A stretch of 64,000 nt of DNA, from positions 256,001-320,000 of the forward strand of contig CBDCTH010000012.1 in the NCBI GenBank assembly GCA_965222155.1. Reading direction: 5' to 3'. A program made the position numbers and the translations under genes. Position 1 is the first letter of the stretch, and every line of letters begins with the position of its first letter. Positions 59,469-64,000 of this stretch are shown here, piece after piece. The notes under the pieces are model-generated. The model did not search any database, was not told where the DNA came from, and saw only the letters and a program-made list of their open reading frames with translations. This DNA is from Gammaproteobacteria bacterium. GTDB lineage: Bacteria; Pseudomonadota; Gammaproteobacteria; Eutrophobiales; Eutrophobiaceae.

Positions 59469-59479
59469 TTAGTGCAGAA

Positions 59480-59504
59480 GGGGACGGATTTGAAATCCGT
59501 CCCC
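59480..59504. repeat. REP family A palindrome
   Basis: ggggacggatttgaaatccgtcccc. Confidence 0.85.
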
Positions 59505-59590
59505 GGAGAGTTCCAAACAAATTAATCATATGCAACCTGTATTATGGTACAGTCTGCGTTTATTTATTCATATTGCGAGGGAGTAGTATT

Positions 59591-61852
59591 ATGTTCCGGC
59601 CGAGTTCTATCCTGACAGTACCAGTCATTTTATTTTCATTACAGTTAAGCCAGACGGTGTTGGCGCAAGATACCATAGAAGAGATTGTGGTTACCGCGCT
59701 TAAGCGTTCCAGTACATTACAGGATACGCCCATCGCAATTTCCGCATTAACCAGTGAAGGACTGGAACGTGTGGGAGCAGACGATTTCGTCGATTTTGTC
59801 GGTTCCGTTCCCGGCTTGACCCTCCGAGACAACGGCCCCGGCGCGACACGGCCAATCATCCGCGGCATCGCCAGCCCCGGTGAGCCACAGGTCGGTATCT
59901 ATTTTGATGAGGCTCTGGTTGTTGGCGCCCCCGGTACGACTAATGATGCAGGTGCCAGGTCGCCTGAATTAAAACCCTTTGACCTTGAGCGTGTGGAAGT
60001 GTTGAAAGGTCCGCAGGGCACACTCTATGGAGGTGGTTCCATGGGAGGGACTCTGCGCTTTATCACCAGGAAACCCAATGCCGAAAAATTTGAAGGCAAG
60101 ATCAGCATCGAAGGTTCAACCGTAAGATACGGGGATTCGGGTTTCCAGGTTAACGGCATGGTCAATATTCCCATTGTCCAGGATCAGTTGGCCCTGCGCG
60201 TAGTCGCATTCAAGCGAGATGATCCAGGCTTTGTAGACAACGTCGCTTATGGAAAGGATGATATCAATGACGTGGACACGGAAGGCGGTCGCGTGGCTAT
60301 TCGCTGGACGCCTACCGACAGGTTTACGGCTACCGGCACTGTCTATTACCAGGACCAGAATGTCGGTGGGGGGTTCTACTTCAACCCAAGCATAGATGAT
60401 GACAATCCGAAGACGGGCGCCTTGTCCCGGGAGCCCTATAATGATGAGCAGGTGCTGTATAACCTCACTCTCGAATACGGTTTTGACTGGGCAGATGCAT
60501 TGTATTCATACTCCTGGTTTGATCGAAATGCGGTTTTCCGTTTCCACAACGGGTTTACCGGATTTCCTTTCCCGCCCGTCCTATCCACCCAACCGGAACC
60601 CTTGCAGGCACTCAGTCATGAATTTCGCTTGTCTTCATCAGGCCAGAATGTTGTCGACTGGACAGCAGGGGCGTTTTACTCCGATCGGAATGCATTTGTT
60701 GACAGCCGCGTCCAGTATCCTGACGCCAACGGCGAAATAGCCGACGACAGAATATTTTTGTTCAGACGTACCGTGAATTCAGATCTTATCCAGAGGGCAG
60801 TTTATGGAGAAGCAACCTGGCATGTAACTGACAGGTTTGCGCTGACAGCGGGGGTAAGATATTACGATGTTGACAGCGGCAGCGATGTGGTCAATCGAGT
60901 TAACGTACCTGGCCTTGGACTGCCGTCAGGGACGCCCGGTAGAGCCTTGCCACACCGCATCAACGTCACGCGTGGTTCGGAAGACGGCACGATATTCAAG
61001 GTGCATGGGGCTTATGATTTTACCGATGATGTGCTGGCTTATGCTTCTTTTTCACAGGGTTTCCGGCCCGGCGGCGCCAACCAGAACACCTCTTCCATCG
61101 CCTTGACCGACCCGGGCAATGTGGGTGTTCCGGAAGAGTTCCGCTCCGACACGCTGGACAGTTATGAAATCGGAATTCACTCACAATGGTTTGATAATCG
61201 ACTGACCCTGAACGGCGCAGTCTATTACATTGATTGGTCCGACATCGTGCTCGGTGGCAGATCGGCTACCGGCCTGTTCGGCTTCCTCAACAACGCTGAC
61301 AGTGCTGAGGCAACCGGGTTTGAACTGGAAAGCGCATTCGATCTGGGCAAAGATTTCCGCCTGACTGCAGCGTTAAGTTATGTTAATGCAGAACTCGATG
61401 CCGATGCTCCCGCCAACCGGGCCAGCAGCACCCTCAGTCGTTCCGGACTCAAGGGCGATCCCATTCCCGATGTGCCTGAATGGACGTTTAATGCATCCAT
61501 GGAGTATGGCCACTCCCTGCCGTGGATGGGCCTGCGCGGTTATTTTTATCTGAATGTCAACTATATCGGCGAACATTTTTCAGACTTCAACGAGTATTTG
61601 CTGGACATAAACACACTTGTACCCACGACAAGACCGAATTCGTCTTATAACCGGCAGGGTGACTATGCAATCCTGGATTTACGCGCCGGCGTTGAGGGAA
61701 ATGATTGGGAGGTCGCACTGTTCCTGGAGAATGTATTCGACGAACGGGCGATTACCCATATATTTGAAGACAGTACTTTCAGACTTAACCCGGGCCAGAA
61801 CTTCCTGGAAAAACCTCGAACTCTGGGTGTGATGCTCAATAGAGATTTTTGA
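59591..61852 (+). CDS. TonB-dependent receptor
   Basis: Signal peptide, EEIVVTALKR, VEVLKGPQGTLYG, SQGFRPGG, terminal RDF. Confidence 0.94.
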   Translation: MFRPSSILTVPVILFSLQLSQTVLAQDTIEEIVVTALKRSSTLQDTPIAISALTSEGLERVGADDFVDFVGSVPGLTLRDNGPGATRPIIRGIASPGEPQVGIYFDEALVVGAPGTTNDAGARSPELKPFDLERVEVLKGPQGTLYGGGSMGGTLRFITRKPNAEKFEGKISIEGSTVRYGDSGFQVNGMVNIPIVQDQLALRVVAFKRDDPGFVDNVAYGKDDINDVDTEGGRVAIRWTPTDRFTATGTVYYQDQNVGGGFYFNPSIDDDNPKTGALSREPYNDEQVLYNLTLEYGFDWADALYSYSWFDRNAVFRFHNGFTGFPFPPVLSTQPEPLQALSHEFRLSSSGQNVVDWTAGAFYSDRNAFVDSRVQYPDANGEIADDRIFLFRRTVNSDLIQRAVYGEATWHVTDRFALTAGVRYYDVDSGSDVVNRVNVPGLGLPSGTPGRALPHRINVTRGSEDGTIFKVHGAYDFTDDVLAYASFSQGFRPGGANQNTSSIALTDPGNVGVPEEFRSDTLDSYEIGIHSQWFDNRLTLNGAVYYIDWSDIVLGGRSATGLFGFLNNADSAEATGFELESAFDLGKDFRLTAALSYVNAELDADAPANRASSTLSRSGLKGDPIPDVPEWTFNASMEYGHSLPWMGLRGYFYLNVNYIGEHFSDFNEYLLDINTLVPTTRPNSSYNRQGDYAILDLRAGVEGNDWEVALFLENVFDERAITHIFEDSTFRLNPGQNFLEKPRTLGVMLNRDF

Positions 61853-62016
61853 TTTGGCACGTTACTTCAGCGCTGTCGCGAATTCAGTACCGGACACATC
61901 ATAACCGGTAAAGTTGTGTCCGGATACGACCTGTTATCAGCCGCGGGTGGGATCAGCTTGCGGGCCAGTAGCCGGGCTCACGATCTATCGACATTTTCAA
62001 AATACGTTGTAAGTAT

Positions 62017-63354
62017 ATGAAACAACCAAAATATTTATCCGGATGTATCTTTTTTTTATTTTTCCTCCACATATCGGTTGCTGTCGCACAGGAAGGGAAG
62101 CAGGAAGAACAAAAGATATCAACATCGGTAATCCATGCAGGAACGTTACTGGACATACCCGGCGCCAGCCCAAAGCATAAACAGACGCTTGTTATTCAGG
62201 GCAGCAAAATTACCTCCGTTCGTACAGGATATATATCACCGCAACAACTCGGTCTCGATTCCCCTGAAGTAAATGTATTCAACCTGAAAGATAAATTCGT
62301 TCTCCCCGGTATGATTGATGCACATGTTCATCTTATCCACAGATATGGGGAAACATTTAGAAACCCGACGCTTTCTGGAGAAGAACTGTTGATAGCGGGT
62401 ATCGTCAATGCCAAAGCGACGCTGGAAGCGGGTTTTACCACAGTTGCCGATCTGGATGCCGGAACCAATTCCTGGCCTGTCATCGTCCTGCGTAACGCCA
62501 TTCAGTCAGGGGAAGTTGCAGGGCCGAGAATCCTGGCTGCGGGTTCATCTGTGTCCCCGACGGGTGGCCATGGCGATCTTCTGGACCGCCCGGACCAGGT
62601 ATTGGAACTCTACGCGTCTTCAGGCTTGTGTGACGGCGTGGACGAGTGCCGCCGCGCCGTCCGTCGGCAGTTCCGCCAGGGTTCGGACCTGATCAAAATC
62701 CACGCGACCGGAGGTGGCAACGAGCGTACCGGAGGGAAACATCATGCCCCCTCTTTTATGCAGGACGAATTGAAAGCTATCGTCGAGACGGCACATAGCC
62801 TGGATATGAAGGCCACTGCCCATGCCCATGCTACCGCGGGTGTTAATGCAGCATTGAAAGCCGGGGTGGACAGCATCGAACACGGTTCCTTCCTGGACAG
62901 CGAGTCTATTCAGTTATTTAAAAAAACCGGCGCCTACCTGGTGCCTACGTTGGATGTGCAGGATATGATCGCCGACAGGATTGATTCCATACCGGAGCCT
63001 ATGCAGGAGCGCATGAAACTGTTCCAGAAAGAACATCCTGCCAATTTTCTCCTGGCGTACAAGGCCGGAGTGAAGATCGCACTTGGTTCCGATGCCGGCG
63101 TGGTTCCCCATGGAACGAATGCCCGCGAAGTAGAATGGCTGGTGAAGGTGGGTGTCAGCGAAGCGGAAGCGCTGAGGATAGCGACTGTCAGCAGCGCGGA
63201 TCATCTCGGTCTGGCGGATGAAGCAGGAAAGCTTGAACCGGGAATGAGGGCGGACGTGATAGCAGTCGAGGGCAATCCGCTGGAGGATATCACTGTATTG
63301 CAGAAGGTAGTATTCGTGATGAAAGATGGTACTGTTTTCAAATTCGTGAAATAG
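62017..63354 (+). CDS. Secreted metal-dependent amidohydrolase (prolidase-like subtype)
   Basis: Signal peptide, PGMIDAHVH, IKIHATGG, AHAH, SIEHG, GSDAG. Confidence 0.92.
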   Translation: MKQPKYLSGCIFFLFFLHISVAVAQEGKQEEQKISTSVIHAGTLLDIPGASPKHKQTLVIQGSKITSVRTGYISPQQLGLDSPEVNVFNLKDKFVLPGMIDAHVHLIHRYGETFRNPTLSGEELLIAGIVNAKATLEAGFTTVADLDAGTNSWPVIVLRNAIQSGEVAGPRILAAGSSVSPTGGHGDLLDRPDQVLELYASSGLCDGVDECRRAVRRQFRQGSDLIKIHATGGGNERTGGKHHAPSFMQDELKAIVETAHSLDMKATAHAHATAGVNAALKAGVDSIEHGSFLDSESIQLFKKTGAYLVPTLDVQDMIADRIDSIPEPMQERMKLFQKEHPANFLLAYKAGVKIALGSDAGVVPHGTNAREVEWLVKVGVSEAEALRIATVSSADHLGLADEAGKLEPGMRADVIAVEGNPLEDITVLQKVVFVMKDGTVFKFVK

Positions 63355-63367
63355 CACGGACTCTACC

Positions 63368-64000
63368 GTGTCGGCTGGATTTAAATCGCTGGTTTCTTTA
63401 TTTATCGCCCTGGTAATTTATTTTCCGCTTGTTTTATCGGCAGAAGCGCAGCCAAACATAATTTTAATCCTGTCCGACAACCAGAGCAGTTCGTTATTGG
63501 GAACATACGGCAACAAAGAAATAAAAACCCCGAATATTGACAGACTGGCAAATGAGGGTATCAGGTTTAATAATGCTTTCGCCGTAAACGGGGTCTGCTC
63601 TCCCACCAGGGCAACCCTGTTGACCGGTTTGATACCGTCACAAACGGGCATACACGTCGCCTTACCGTCAGATATCAACGTGCCAGGCTGGTCCGGGATA
63701 GAGGAATTCCGTTCTCTCCCCCAGACCCTTTCGGAAGCGGGTTACAACACTGGGCTTGTGGGCAAGTACCATTTAGGCATGCCGCATAAACCGCAACTGG
63801 GGTTCAAATACTGGGTAACATTTCCCTCGGGGCACACGACCACGTTTTATGATCAAACAGTGATCGATAACGGCGAAACTTATGCAGTTGCCAGACACCT
63901 GACTGATTTCTGGACAGAGAAAGCAGTCAAGTTTCTTTCCGGACAAAATAAGGACAAGCCTTTTTTCCTGTATCTCGCCTATAATGGCCCGTATAACTTG
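63368..64000 (+). CDS. Sulfatase (partial, runs off the window end; not in the ORF track)
   Basis: Manual translation: signal peptide, QPNIILILSDNQ, TPNIDRLANEG, CSPTRATLLTG (CxPxR), GKYHLG. Confidence 0.9.
   Translation, partial: MSAGFKSLVSLFIALVIYFPLVLSAEAQPNIILILSDNQSSSLLGTYGNKEIKTPNIDRLANEGIRFNNAFAVNGVCSPTRATLLTGLIPSQTGIHVALPSDINVPGWSGIEEFRSLPQTLSEAGYNTGLVGKYHLGMPHKPQLGFKYWVTFPSGHTTTFYDQTVIDNGETYAVARHLTDFWTEKAVKFLSGQNKDKPFFLYLAYNGPYNL

Noticed and set aside
1-64000. tRNA, rRNA, prophage or integron
   Set aside because: No such signatures, integrase or phage structural genes were recognised by eye; tRNAscan-SE and IntegronFinder would be needed to exclude them.

Overview
The window looks gammaproteobacterial (PutA/PutR, RhlE, AhcY-MetF, TonB-dependent receptors) and mixes metabolic genes with many accessory modules and gene fragments. 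Left half: putA/putR, a MalT-type (LAL) regulator, a three-gene Menshen-like defence cassette between REP-like repeat clusters, and a cyclic-amide catabolic cluster. That cluster has an NCS1 permease, two convergent hydantoinase/oxoprolinase A+B pairs, a TonB receptor and a hydantoin racemase. Its promoters and the regulator's promoter share a 16-20 bp palindrome (AGCYACYC-N4-RRGTRG) found by eye. Middle: Fic, scrambled gene fragments, a DUF1640 coiled-coil protein, acyl-CoA dehydrogenase, squalene-hopene cyclase with an unknown partner, VapBC, cyclodeaminase, DinB, a threonine dehydratase-like enzyme, a MetE-like protein, RhlE, Phd/ParE and DUF5916. Right: a defence locus made of a PLD-SNF2 helicase, a 69-aa protein, a Clp-fold Ser-Asp-His protease and a type IIG-like restriction-modification gene. 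A second, inverted specificity cassette lies tail-to-tail with that gene and is cut by an ISAzo13 element. After that come a MITE-disrupted brnT, an SAH riboswitch before ahcY-metF, a TonB receptor, an amidohydrolase and a sulfatase that runs off the end. All calls come from reading motifs by eye; no database searches were run.
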